Shown: piece by piece, positions 9,725 through 19,334 of the stretch
Layout: the number at the start of each line of letters is the position of its first letter
How positions within the stretch are numbered: the stretch's first letter is position 1
DNA from: a virus
DNA: 64,000 bases
Reading direction: 5' to 3' (one strand)
IMG/VR virus record: IMGVR_UViG_3300021185_001461
Coordinates: 32,001-96,000 of that record
The notes under the pieces: generated by a model
What the model was told of the DNA's origin: nothing
Seen by the model: the letters and a program-made list of their open reading frames with translations, nothing else
Databases searched by the model: none
Program-made: the position numbers and the translations under genes

Positions 9725-9807
9725 AGTGTTTATCCTTATATAAATGCAGAATATTAACTGCATACATAACTATTTAGCCTTTTCTACGATGGGTTATTAT
9801 AAAAATG

Positions 9808-9816
9808 GATAAATAC
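9808..9816 (+). promoter_or_regulatory. Late promoter GATAAATAC
   Basis: Upstream of the gp14-like gene; back-to-back with GCTAAATAG (9770-9778, minus strand). Confidence 0.7.
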
Positions 9817-9836
9817 AATATAACAAGGAAAACCAC

Positions 9837-10904
9837 ATGCCAAGACTCAGTTTATACAAACCCTATAAGGGAAACGATTACACTTTTATGGATCATGCGA
9901 TCCGTGAACAGTTTGATATAGGTGGAACAGGTATACATGTACACAAATACCTAGGACCAGATGTACAAAACAAAAGTAATGACCCAAGTGAGCCTAATTA
10001 TGGCAGTGGATTAGAGATTGATAACATAACAGGTGAAGAAATTAATCCTGATGGATTAATAGACGAAACTAATATACAAGACTTGTTGTTTATGGAAAAC
10101 AGAGATCGTAAGTACGATCCAGATGTTTATGAACTACGTGGTGTATATAATGTTAGTGATAATGACTTTGATTTAACACAATTTGGTTTGTTTTTAACAA
10201 ACGATACGTTGTTTATTAGTTTTCATATTAATGACATGGTAGAACGTATGGGGCGTAGACTTATGCCCGGTGATGTAATTGAATTACCTCATTTACGTGA
10301 TGAATTATTACTTACTAACGACAGAGATGCTATTAATAAGTTTTACGTTGTACAAGATGCTGCAAGAGGAAGTGAAGGATTTTCACAAACTTGGTATCCA
10401 CACATTTGGCGTGTTAAAGTAGCACCATTAACAGATACACAAGAATACGCAGATATACTTGGTACTGCTGATAATCCAGATAGTCTTAAAAATGATATTA
10501 GTTCTTACAAAACAGAACTTAACATTAGTAATGCTATTGTTAAAAGTGCTGAAGCAGCCAATCCAAATAACTTACCACTAGCTGATCATTTATTTGGTGT
10601 AGAAGATAATAGTACAACATATGAACATGGTGAAGTGTTACAACAAGGTGATCAATTTCCTGCTCAACCAAGCGAAGGTGAGTATTTTGTGAGAACAGAT
10701 TTTACGCCTAACAGACTTTTTGTTAGACGAGGAAGCAAATGGCACAGATTATACGATAATATTACTGAGCAAACATGGAGTGATAGAACTTATAATGCAA
10801 GTGGATTTATTAACAATGATACAACAACTATAGTTAATAATCAAGAAACTCCAGAGAAACAACCCCTGTCTCAGGTAATTAAACCAAAGAGTGATTTTGA
10901 ATAA
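9837..10904 (+). CDS. Neck/head-completion protein (gp14-like)
   Basis: IQDLLFMENRDRKYD, FDLTQFGLFL, GRRLMPGDVIELPH; lies before the gp15-like gene. Confidence 0.75.
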   Translation: MPRLSLYKPYKGNDYTFMDHAIREQFDIGGTGIHVHKYLGPDVQNKSNDPSEPNYGSGLEIDNITGEEINPDGLIDETNIQDLLFMENRDRKYDPDVYELRGVYNVSDNDFDLTQFGLFLTNDTLFISFHINDMVERMGRRLMPGDVIELPHLRDELLLTNDRDAINKFYVVQDAARGSEGFSQTWYPHIWRVKVAPLTDTQEYADILGTADNPDSLKNDISSYKTELNISNAIVKSAEAANPNNLPLADHLFGVEDNSTTYEHGEVLQQGDQFPAQPSEGEYFVRTDFTPNRLFVRRGSKWHRLYDNITEQTWSDRTYNASGFINNDTTTIVNNQETPEKQPLSQVIKPKSDFE

Positions 10905-12262
10905 TGGCACAACAATACTTTTACGATAAACAAATTAGAAGATACATTCAACAGTTTATAAGACTGTTTAGTGGATTCAATGTACAAATGGGAAAAAACG
11001 ATAACGACCTTCCTATATTTCAACAAGTACCTGTACGCTATGGTGACATTAATAGAATGGCTGCACACATAACAAGAGAGAATAGTGAGAACATTGTTAA
11101 CACTGTTCCGTTTATTAGTTGTTATGTAACATCATTAGATATGTTTGCTGAAAGACGTACATATCAAGATCACGTAGACAAAGTTCAAGTAAACGAAAAG
11201 AAATACAATCAAGCAACTGGAGAATATGTTAACGAATTAGGTAATCAATATACAGTTGAAAGACACGCACCTGTTCCTTATATGTTAGTAATGAACTGTG
11301 ATGTTTGGACTTCAAATACAGATCAAAAACTACAACTCATGGAACAAATACTAGTATTGTTTAACCCAACATTAGATATTAGAACCAATGATAGTCCAGT
11401 TGACTGGACTTCTTTAAGTCATGTTGAATTAACTAATACAACTTGGAGTACTAGAAGTGTGGGATCAAGTATTGACGATATTATTGATGTTGCCACACTA
11501 ACTTTTAATATTCCTATATATATTACTCCACCAGCAAAATTAAAACAACAAAAACTAATTCATACTATTATTAGTGAACTATATAGTTTAGATGACGATG
11601 ACTTGGATAACTTTAAAGAACAAAAAGTATTTGATAAAGACTCATTGAAGTATACTATTGTCACCTACAAAGATAGAAAAGTTAAATATGAAAATGGTAA
11701 TTTACAATTATTAAACGATAAGGGTGCAAATTTAGACGACGATGGATTAGTATTAGAATGGGACAAAGCATTATTACCATTTGGTACATTAAGATCTGGA
11801 ATAAGTCAATTAAGACTTAGAAAAGGAAGCGATATTAGTGATAAAGACAATGATATTATTGGTAGATTAGAAGAGCATCCAAGTGATCCTAACTTATTAA
11901 GTGTTACTATAGATAATTCTACATTGCCTACAAATACACTAACGGCTGTTGATGCTATAGTCGATCCAAGTAAAAATTATCCCGGAGACGGAAGTGTTCC
12001 TTCAGCAGTTACAGGACAACGTTACGTTGTATTAGAAAGTACTCCTATAAATGCATTATGGACTAATGTAGTTGCAAATAAAAATGACATTATAGAATAC
12101 AACGGTACCGCATGGACTGTTAGTTTTGATAGCTCTACTAATAATACAACTCAATACGTAACGAATGTTTCAAGTAACGATCAGCTTGAATGGAATGGAT
12201 CAGAGTGGATTAACAGTTATGAAGGAATTTATAATTCTGGATACTGGCGAATATATCTGTAA
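10904..12262 (+). CDS. Tail sheath stabiliser/terminator (gp15-like) with C-terminal extension
   Basis: YFYDKQIRRYIQQFIRLFS, VPVRYGD, PVPY, QKLQLMEQILVLFNP. Confidence 0.88.
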   Translation: MAQQYFYDKQIRRYIQQFIRLFSGFNVQMGKNDNDLPIFQQVPVRYGDINRMAAHITRENSENIVNTVPFISCYVTSLDMFAERRTYQDHVDKVQVNEKKYNQATGEYVNELGNQYTVERHAPVPYMLVMNCDVWTSNTDQKLQLMEQILVLFNPTLDIRTNDSPVDWTSLSHVELTNTTWSTRSVGSSIDDIIDVATLTFNIPIYITPPAKLKQQKLIHTIISELYSLDDDDLDNFKEQKVFDKDSLKYTIVTYKDRKVKYENGNLQLLNDKGANLDDDGLVLEWDKALLPFGTLRSGISQLRLRKGSDISDKDNDIIGRLEEHPSDPNLLSVTIDNSTLPTNTLTAVDAIVDPSKNYPGDGSVPSAVTGQRYVVLESTPINALWTNVVANKNDIIEYNGTAWTVSFDSSTNNTTQYVTNVSSNDQLEWNGSEWINSYEGIYNSGYWRIYL

Positions 12263-12307
12263 AATTGACGACCCGTGCGATGATTGTACTCACTGGATAG
12301 GACATAT

Positions 12308-12739
12308 ATGATAACAGCAAGCGGATGTATATTTTTAAGTATAGATACTGGCAGAGTAATGCTACAACAAAGAAGTGGCGAAGTTAATCATCCTAGAACA
12401 TGGGGCTTTTTTGGTGGTAAATCAGAAGGCAATGAGAGACCTATTGAAACTTTATATAGAGAAATAGAAGAAGAAGTAGGAATAGTTCCATCTATTGAAA
12501 AGGTTATTCCTTTAAACAAATTTACAAGTCCTAATAAGAAATTTATATATCACAGTTTTGTTGTTACAGTAGAAGATGAGTTCATTCCTGTACTAAACAA
12601 CGAAAGTGATGGATATTGTTGGGTTAAAATTGGGAATTGGCCTAGACCTGTTCATCCAGGAGCAAAGATACAATTTAATTCAAAACAGTTTATTAAGAAA
12701 CTTAGAACTGTACACACACATCAAACAAAACAAAAATAA
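12308..12739 (+). CDS. Nudix hydrolase
   Basis: Nudix box GGKSEGNERPIETLYREIEEEVG; ATG at 12308 follows AGGA. Confidence 0.9.
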   Translation: MITASGCIFLSIDTGRVMLQQRSGEVNHPRTWGFFGGKSEGNERPIETLYREIEEEVGIVPSIEKVIPLNKFTSPNKKFIYHSFVVTVEDEFIPVLNNESDGYCWVKIGNWPRPVHPGAKIQFNSKQFIKKLRTVHTHQTKQK

Positions 12740-12740
12740 C

Positions 12741-13823
12741 TTATCGTTTTTTCATACTAGCAACAAACTGTTCACGTAACCATTCAAAGTCATTAATTTT
12801 ATTTAATGCTTCTGTATTGTCTTTGTGTTCAAGTCCATATGCTTTGCCTTCGTTTGCACCTTTAAGACAATAGCGTCCAAAACGTCCACCGTTGTCTACA
12901 GTTGTCCAAGTTTCAAGTCTTGCATCTGTTTCTTCTTGTTTTTGATTAGGGTTTACAGAACTTGCTAGTTTAACACATTCACGGAATGCACTACGCCATG
13001 TTCTATATGGGTCTTTATTGAATCGTGTAATATTTGATATATCACTAATTGGTTGATAAAATGCTACGCCTGTTGTATAATCTGGCAATGTGTGTCCTAA
13101 TGATAGTAACTGTTCGCGTGGGAATAATTTAACACCACCATAACCGTATTCTAAATCATTAATTGGATTTCTTGCACTCCATACAAATGTTGTATTTTTT
13201 CTACTACTCATTGGTGGAATATAATCAAAACTAAAATGCCCTGTTATGTCTGCATCAGCATCAACAATATATACCATTTCTGATTTTGCTAATTCTCCTG
13301 CACGTTTATGTGCATTACCAATGCCTTCTACATTCTTTACGTGTTGTGCATCTTTGAATCTATCTCTTAATTTTTGGAAATTTTCATCTGCTTCTGCTTC
13401 GTGAAAACTAATCATGAATATATCAAACTCTGCTACATGATAGCTTGATACAAGTTTGTTTTGCAGTACTCCATGTGATACTCCATGTGTAGGAACTAAA
13501 TGAATATCACCCCAACTAACTGGTCTGCTAGTTCGTTTAACTACTCTAGGAAACGTATGGATAAAACTCTTTCCAATTTCTCCATCGGGTCTGTATTGCC
13601 ATGCAAAATTTGGATTTACTTCAATTTCATCAAATACTACCCAAACCATATCATGTGTATCTTTATATTTGGATGCTACTTCAAGTAATGCACCTTCGTC
13701 TGTTAATTTGATAGGTGTTTTAACTACTGGATATGAATCGAACATAAACCTTTTTAATCTATCCCAAGGTGTTACAACACTTTGCCCTTGGAATTCTTTG
13801 TTTCTATTAATTAAATTAATCAT
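12741..13823 (-). CDS. Putative glycosyltransferase-like protein (GT-A fold, duplicated domain)
   Basis: DIFMISFHE..GIGNAHK..YIVDAD (DxD)..YGYGGVKLFP..WRSAFRECVKL; degenerate N-terminal copy (MVWVVFDE). Confidence 0.65.
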   Translation of the reverse strand: MINLINRNKEFQGQSVVTPWDRLKRFMFDSYPVVKTPIKLTDEGALLEVASKYKDTHDMVWVVFDEIEVNPNFAWQYRPDGEIGKSFIHTFPRVVKRTSRPVSWGDIHLVPTHGVSHGVLQNKLVSSYHVAEFDIFMISFHEAEADENFQKLRDRFKDAQHVKNVEGIGNAHKRAGELAKSEMVYIVDADADITGHFSFDYIPPMSSRKNTTFVWSARNPINDLEYGYGGVKLFPREQLLSLGHTLPDYTTGVAFYQPISDISNITRFNKDPYRTWRSAFRECVKLASSVNPNQKQEETDARLETWTTVDNGGRFGRYCLKGANEGKAYGLEHKDNTEALNKINDFEWLREQFVASMKKR

Positions 13824-14466
13824 TGCAATCGCCCTTAATTGTATATGCACGTGTTCCTATATGTGCTATTCTGTCACTTACATCGTGACTAACATATACG
13901 CTATAACCATTGTCATGTGCTAGGTTACAAAAGTATATATCTTCTCCTACTAATTCAGTATAGCTTTCGTTATACTCAATCTTATAATGAGGTCGAGAAA
14001 TATTTTCGTATACTTCTCTTTTTACTAACATCATTCCGCTTCCAACTGCCCATACTTGTTCGTTTCCTTTTCCTGTAAAAACTCTACTATCTAAATTGTT
14101 TTTACTTTTAAAAGCAACCGGCCTGTGTGGCGGGACTCTTGTTGAGTAATTTCCAGCGACAATATCTTTGTCTGCTGCTAATAATATATTTAGCGTATCT
14201 ACTGGAAATTGCATATCTGCGTCAATCCACATAATGTGAGTGCAATCTGTTTCTAGTGCTTGATCTACTAACTGTTGTCTTTGCATTGCTACTTCACTGC
14301 CCATATTAAAATGCAATGAAGTTGCAAGTCCAGTCTCGCCACACTTTTTTTGAAGCATGGCTAAACTATAAGCAAAGACCGCCGTAGTTTGATTCTGCAC
14401 AGGAACACAAATGGCTACATTCGCGGAATTGTCTTTCTTGTAATAATGGTTAGTTACACTGACCAT
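13816..14466 (-). CDS. Glycosyltransferase family 2-like protein
   Basis: VAICVP, RQQLV, THIMWIDADM (DxD), GSGMMLVKREV, GEDIYFC, HIG. Confidence 0.85.
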   Translation of the reverse strand: MVSVTNHYYKKDNSANVAICVPVQNQTTAVFAYSLAMLQKKCGETGLATSLHFNMGSEVAMQRQQLVDQALETDCTHIMWIDADMQFPVDTLNILLAADKDIVAGNYSTRVPPHRPVAFKSKNNLDSRVFTGKGNEQVWAVGSGMMLVKREVYENISRPHYKIEYNESYTELVGEDIYFCNLAHDNGYSVYVSHDVSDRIAHIGTRAYTIKGDCND

Positions 14467-14469
14467 TAA

Positions 14470-14892
14470 TTACTTTTCAGAAGCTAGTTCTGACTGAAGT
14501 TCAGCTTCAATTTGCTGTACTTCAAAATTCAATTGTTTAGCAATTGAAGTTGTTTCTTTAACACATGCCGCAAAGGCTTCGTCTTCCAACGCTACCATAT
14601 AATTCATGTGTTCTGGTTGTACTTTACCAATTGTTAAAATATCAACCGCTGCCAATTTTGCTAAACGGTGTACCCAATATTCTTCTTCAGTATCATTGAT
14701 GTTAGACAGTAATGCATCTACATCATGCTCTGCACTAAAGTTTGCATAAACTTCTTCTAATACTTGAAGATCTGGGTGTTGTTGTTCTCTAGCCTGCATA
14801 AGTTCTTGTGTTAATGCATGTGCTTTTCTTGCCGGTGTTGGGTGTGCCCCAAGCACGAACGTTTCAATTTCAAAACGTGTTCTAATACTCAT
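14470..14892 (-). CDS. Hypothetical helical protein
   Basis: AGGAG RBS; first gene of the glycosyltransferase operon. Confidence 0.75.
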   Translation of the reverse strand: MSIRTRFEIETFVLGAHPTPARKAHALTQELMQAREQQHPDLQVLEEVYANFSAEHDVDALLSNINDTEEEYWVHRLAKLAAVDILTIGKVQPEHMNYMVALEDEAFAACVKETTSIAKQLNFEVQQIEAELQSELASEK

Positions 14893-14936
14893 TGTTTTCT
14901 CCTGTGTTGAGTTTACTTGTGTAATTCATCTAAGTT

Positions 14937-14965
14937 ATTTTACTATAAAATAATAACGTTGTCAA
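14937..14965 (-). promoter_or_regulatory. Sigma70-type promoter
   Basis: TTGACA-17-TAAAAT; the -35 box overlaps a 14-bp inverted repeat. Confidence 0.7.
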
Positions 14966-14986
14966 GTTAATAACAACGTTATTATT
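14949..14986. repeat. 14-bp perfect inverted repeat (terminator or operator)
   Basis: aataataacgttgt-caagttaata-acaacgttattatt. Confidence 0.8.
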
Positions 14987-15007
14987 AGTTTTATTTACCT
15001 ATTCAAA

Positions 15008-15193
15008 TTAAGCGTCTGCGCCAGTTGAATTTGGATTCTGCCATCCGCCAAACGTAGCTGAAAGCTGAATGTTTGATGTTACTGATGGTGAAATAGTATT
15101 TCCTAATGTAGACATAGCGATGTTTCCACTTAGTCCAAAATAGTTACGTACTTGTCCCATACTAATAATGGATCCGGTTGCTGGTAATGCCAT
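15008..15193 (-). CDS. Small tail-fibre-associated protein
   Basis: MALPATGSIISMGQVRNYFG; AAGGAG RBS; late box at 15248-15256. Confidence 0.7.
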   Translation of the reverse strand: MALPATGSIISMGQVRNYFGLSGNIAMSTLGNTISPSVTSNIQLSATFGGWQNPNSTGADA

Positions 15194-15285
15194 AGTGTGA
15201 CTCCTTGCTTGTAATTATCGATAATCGCAGGCTTATTGCTTGCAGTTGTATTTATCTAAAATATATAATTGCTTATATTAGTATA

Positions 15286-16629
15286 TTATTCTTTTGATGA
15301 TTGTATATCTGATATTTGCTTTTGTAAATTCTCAATAGTCTGTTGTTGCTCTTTAATTGCTTCAATTAATAAGCCTGCAATATTTCCATATGCTACAGAC
15401 TTCATTCCTTCAGCGTCAGTGTGAACTACTTCTGGTAAAAATTCTTCTACTTCTTGTGCAATAACACCAGTACTGTGTCTACCGTCTTTTTCAAAATTTA
15501 CACCTCTTAAACAGTTAACTAAATCAACTGCATTACTTATTGTTTCTACATTTCTTTTTAATCTTGCATCTGAGTATGCCGTAACATCTTGTGTTGCAAT
15601 AATATTTCCATCAACATTAAAATCTCCTGTGTATGAACCATCCATTGAAAATTCTGTTCCAACTAATTGTAAACCTTCTCCTGCTGTGTAAGTAGTATCA
15701 CCAGTGTTAGAATAGTTACTTGCATGAATTGTTCCTGCACTTGCTGACGTCCAATCAATATGTTCGTTTGCTACAAAATCTGCAAAACCATCGTGTGTTA
15801 ATGCCGCTATTTGATTTGTTATTGTTGTACTAAAGTTAGCATCATCGCCAAGTGCTGCGGCTAATTCGTTTAATGTGTCTAGTGTTGCTGGTGCAGTATC
15901 TACTAAGTTTGCGATTGCAGTATCTGTGTATGTATTTGCGTCTGTTTCTGCTGTGTCAACATATGTTTCTGTTGCATAAGTAGTACCGCCGCCTCCGGCT
16001 AATAATGCACTAACTCTTGCGTCTGTGTAATATAAGTTAGTACCTTCTGATAAATTTGTTGTTGACTTTGCACTAAATCCTGCGTCAACTCTAGCATCAG
16101 CTCTTGCATCTGTGTAATATAAGTTTGTACCTTCAGCAATATCGTCTGTATCTAATGCACCTGTTCCTGAAGTTATTGCACTGTCAACATATGATTTAGT
16201 TGCGGCGTGAAGAGCATTTGTTGGTGCTCCACTTAATGTTAATAGTCCTGTTAATACTCCACCGCTTAGTGGTAATACTGTTGCAATTTGCGTATCTGTA
16301 TATGTGTTTGCTGATATTTCAGCTGCATCTGTATATAAATTCGAAGTAGCGATTGCATCTGCTTCGGCTGTATCTGCATAAGTTTCTATTGCAGTTTGTC
16401 TAGCTGCTGTATAAAATAAATTTGTGGAACCTTCAGTAAGATTATCAGTATTAATTGAATCTTCAATTGCATCATTAATATCTACATTTTTTAATGTAAT
16501 TGTACTACCATCATGTGTTAGCACATCAGTTCCATTAATTTGTAATCTATCTAAATTACTACTAGTGGAAATACCTGCCGTTGCATCTGTATCTTCAATT
16601 ACTTTGTCTGTTCCTATATAAAAAGCCAT
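15286..16629 (-). CDS. Tail fibre protein with C-terminal intramolecular chaperone (peptidase S74)
   Basis: YSDARLKRNV..GVIAQEVEEFLPEVV..VAYGNIAGLLIEAIKE; EGxxNLYYT repeats. Confidence 0.85.
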   Translation of the reverse strand: MAFYIGTDKVIEDTDATAGISTSSNLDRLQINGTDVLTHDGSTITLKNVDINDAIEDSINTDNLTEGSTNLFYTAARQTAIETYADTAEADAIATSNLYTDAAEISANTYTDTQIATVLPLSGGVLTGLLTLSGAPTNALHAATKSYVDSAITSGTGALDTDDIAEGTNLYYTDARADARVDAGFSAKSTTNLSEGTNLYYTDARVSALLAGGGGTTYATETYVDTAETDANTYTDTAIANLVDTAPATLDTLNELAAALGDDANFSTTITNQIAALTHDGFADFVANEHIDWTSASAGTIHASNYSNTGDTTYTAGEGLQLVGTEFSMDGSYTGDFNVDGNIIATQDVTAYSDARLKRNVETISNAVDLVNCLRGVNFEKDGRHSTGVIAQEVEEFLPEVVHTDAEGMKSVAYGNIAGLLIEAIKEQQQTIENLQKQISDIQSSKE

Positions 16630-16657
16630 CGCTCTTTCTCCGTTCTATTTAATGTAT

Positions 16658-18058
16658 TTATGACTTATTAGCTTTTATAAGTTCATCAATTTGTTTCTGT
16701 TGTTCTTTAATTGCTTCAATTAATAAGCCAACAACATTACCATATGCAACAGAGTGTACTCCTTGTTCATCTGTGTGTACTGCTTCCGGAAGTACTTCTT
16801 TGAGTTCTTGTGCAATAACACCAGTAGACGTAGATCCATCTTCTATACGATCAAATGTTACTCCTCGTAGTTGTTCTACTTTACCTACTGCATTGTCAAT
16901 TACTTGTACATTTGTTTTTAAACTATCATCTGAGTAAGCAGTAATATCAGCAGTTGCTAATATACTTCCTACAACATGTAGCACTTCTGTTGGACTACTT
17001 GTACCTAATCCAAGTTTACCATCATTTGCCATGTGCATTTTTGTAGTACCATTTTTCAATACTTGAATTAATTCACCAACATGTCCACTTGTACTGTTTA
17101 CATACAATGCTGCTGAGCCTGTACTACCTCCGCCTAAATTAGCTAATGCAGCCAGTCCATTTACTGACAATTTTGCTCCTGGACTAGTTGTTCCAATACC
17201 AGTGTTGCCACCTGTTGCAATGTACATGCGTGTATCAGCATTCTCTTTTAAACTAATACTACCGTTGCCTGCTGCACCCAAAATTAAGTGATCATCATTG
17301 CCGCGAACATATACACTATTATCACTGTCACTATTTGCACCCGATCCACTAGTGCCTAACTGTATTCTTGCATCAACTCCTGCTGTTAAATAAACATTGG
17401 CTGATACTGACAAATCACCTGTAAGTGTACCACCAGCTAGTGGTAGTTTTGCGGCAATACTGTTTGTAACAGTTGTACTAAAGTTAGCGTCATCTCCAAG
17501 TGCTGCAGCCAACTCATCTAGTGTGTTTAATGCCGAAGGAGCAGCACCTACTAGTTCATCAAATTTTAATTGTGCTCTTGCATCTGCTCTAGCATTTGTG
17601 TAATATAGATTAGTTGAACCTTCGCTTAAATTGTCTGTATTTTTAGTTGCAATCCTAGTATCAAAATCTGCATCTGCTCGTGTTGTTGTGTAGTAAAGGT
17701 TACTTGAACCTTCCGTTAAACTGTTTGTGTTGAAATTACTAATATCACTTACTTGTCCTGTTACATCACCTATTAGATCACCTGTGACTGTGTCTACTAT
17801 AAGATCACCTTTTACTAAACTTAAATCTGTAGCATCAATACTGTTAACTGAGCTTGAAGCTAAATTAATTGATTTTATTAAAAGAAAATCTTCTGTAGTA
17901 CTATCTTTAACAAGTCCTGTATATGATGTAGATCCTATTTTACCTAAAAATCCAACATCAACTGCTGTTGACCCATCTTTATTCAATATGAGAAGTGGGT
18001 CTGTTATTCCAACTTCTGTGCTGATTATATTAGTTGATTGTATTCCTCTAAATGCCAT
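16658..18058 (-). CDS. Tail fibre protein with S74 chaperone domain
   Basis: YSDDSLKTNV..GVIAQELKEVLPEAV..; GIGTTSP repeats. Confidence 0.85.
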   Translation of the reverse strand: MAFRGIQSTNIISTEVGITDPLLILNKDGSTAVDVGFLGKIGSTSYTGLVKDSTTEDFLLIKSINLASSSVNSIDATDLSLVKGDLIVDTVTGDLIGDVTGQVSDISNFNTNSLTEGSSNLYYTTTRADADFDTRIATKNTDNLSEGSTNLYYTNARADARAQLKFDELVGAAPSALNTLDELAAALGDDANFSTTVTNSIAAKLPLAGGTLTGDLSVSANVYLTAGVDARIQLGTSGSGANSDSDNSVYVRGNDDHLILGAAGNGSISLKENADTRMYIATGGNTGIGTTSPGAKLSVNGLAALANLGGGSTGSAALYVNSTSGHVGELIQVLKNGTTKMHMANDGKLGLGTSSPTEVLHVVGSILATADITAYSDDSLKTNVQVIDNAVGKVEQLRGVTFDRIEDGSTSTGVIAQELKEVLPEAVHTDEQGVHSVAYGNVVGLLIEAIKEQQKQIDELIKANKS

Positions 18059-18127
18059 AATAGTAAATTCCTTTAATTATAGTAGTATTTATCAAATAAG
18101 AAGTTTTAACAGAAGTTTTAATCAGCC

Positions 18128-18158
18128 ATAAAAAAAGCAGGGCTTTCACCCTGCTTTT
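18128..18158 (-). terminator. Intrinsic terminator
   Basis: aaaagcaggg-tgaaag-ccctgctttt followed by a U-run on the minus strand. Confidence 0.85.
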
Positions 18159-18175
18159 AATGTTAGTAAAACTAA

Positions 18176-19192
18176 TTACTTTTTAAGTTCTGCTACTTGA
18201 GCCGATAATTCCTTAACCGCTTCAATTAATAGACCTGTAATGTTTCCGTATGCTACTGAATGTAGACCTTCTGCATCTGTATGTACTGCTTCAGGAAGTA
18301 CTTCTTTAAGTTCCTGGGCAATAACACCTGTTGATACTGAACCGTCTGCAATTCTTTCAAATGTAACACCGCGAATTGCTTCAACTTTACCTAATGCACC
18401 GTCGATAACTTGAACGTTAGTTTTTAAGCTATCATCTGAATAAGCAATAATATCACCAGTTGCTGTAAAGCTACCAGTATATGAACCACTCATTGTAAAT
18501 TCAGTGCCACTTAACGTCAAGCCGTTACCAGCTGAGTAAGTTGTGTTGGCATCGTTTGCATCTGCATAGTTTTGAGCTGCTGTTTGAGCTGCCGCAATTG
18601 CTGATGTAACTGATGCTGCATAGTTGGCATCGTCACCTAGTGCCGCCGCAAGTTCATTTAGTGTATCAAGTGAACCTGGAGCTGAATCAACTAAGTTAGC
18701 TACCGCAGTATCAGTATAACCATTTGCTGCTGTCTCTGCCGCATCTGCTTTAGAACTTGCGTCTGCTGATGCAGTTGCTATTGCGTCTGCTTCGGCTGTA
18801 TCTGCATATGATTCCATAGCAGTTTGTAGGGCTGTGTTTGCACCTGCCGCCGTTGCTTCTGCTGCCGCCTGGGCTGCGTTTGCTTTAGATGTTGCATCTG
18901 TAGCCGCAGTTGCTATTGCATCTGCTTCGGCTGTATCTGCATAAGTTTGCAATGATGTTTGCAATGCAGTATCGGCGTTTGTTGCAGCCGTTCCTGCATC
19001 TGTTACGGCTTGTGCTGCCACTGTGTCTGCATAAGTCTTATTAGCTGCATCTGTACCAACAGTTGGTGTCGCGACTTGAATAACCTTGTTATCATCCATG
19101 TCAATTGTACCACCCATAGTCAAGTTAGCTAATAGCTCAGAAGCATCATCAGTTTTAAATCCACCGTCAATTATAAATTTTCTTTGTGCCAT
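18176..19192 (-). CDS. Ala-rich tail fibre protein with S74 chaperone domain
   Basis: ADTAEADAIA repeats and C-terminal S74 motifs; ATG at 19192 follows AAGGAG. Confidence 0.85.
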   Translation of the reverse strand: MAQRKFIIDGGFKTDDASELLANLTMGGTIDMDDNKVIQVATPTVGTDAANKTYADTVAAQAVTDAGTAATNADTALQTSLQTYADTAEADAIATAATDATSKANAAQAAAEATAAGANTALQTAMESYADTAEADAIATASADASSKADAAETAANGYTDTAVANLVDSAPGSLDTLNELAAALGDDANYAASVTSAIAAAQTAAQNYADANDANTTYSAGNGLTLSGTEFTMSGSYTGSFTATGDIIAYSDDSLKTNVQVIDGALGKVEAIRGVTFERIADGSVSTGVIAQELKEVLPEAVHTDAEGLHSVAYGNITGLLIEAVKELSAQVAELKK

Positions 19193-19295
19193 TTTATGAC
19201 TCCTTTTTTGCAAAAAAGTTATCAATACATAGAGTATCGATATTTATTTCTTTTCTTTAACTGTAAACTGCTAATATTTGCAGTTTCCAATTAAT

Positions 19296-19319
19296 GGGAC
19301 GTTGCTTTCACAACGCCCC
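19296..19319 (-). terminator. GC-rich hairpin, probable terminator or processing site
   Basis: ggggcgttg-tgaaag-caacgtccc downstream of the 881-aa ORF; weak U-tail. Confidence 0.55.
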
Positions 19320-19334
19320 GAGTTTTTTTAGGTC

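Noticed and set aside
12308-12739. Nudix plus nucleotidyltransferase as a complete NAD+ reconstitution pathway
   Set aside because: The genes are 32 kb apart and no NAMPT or ADPR-PP synthetase partner is visible in this window; substrates cannot be inferred from the motifs.
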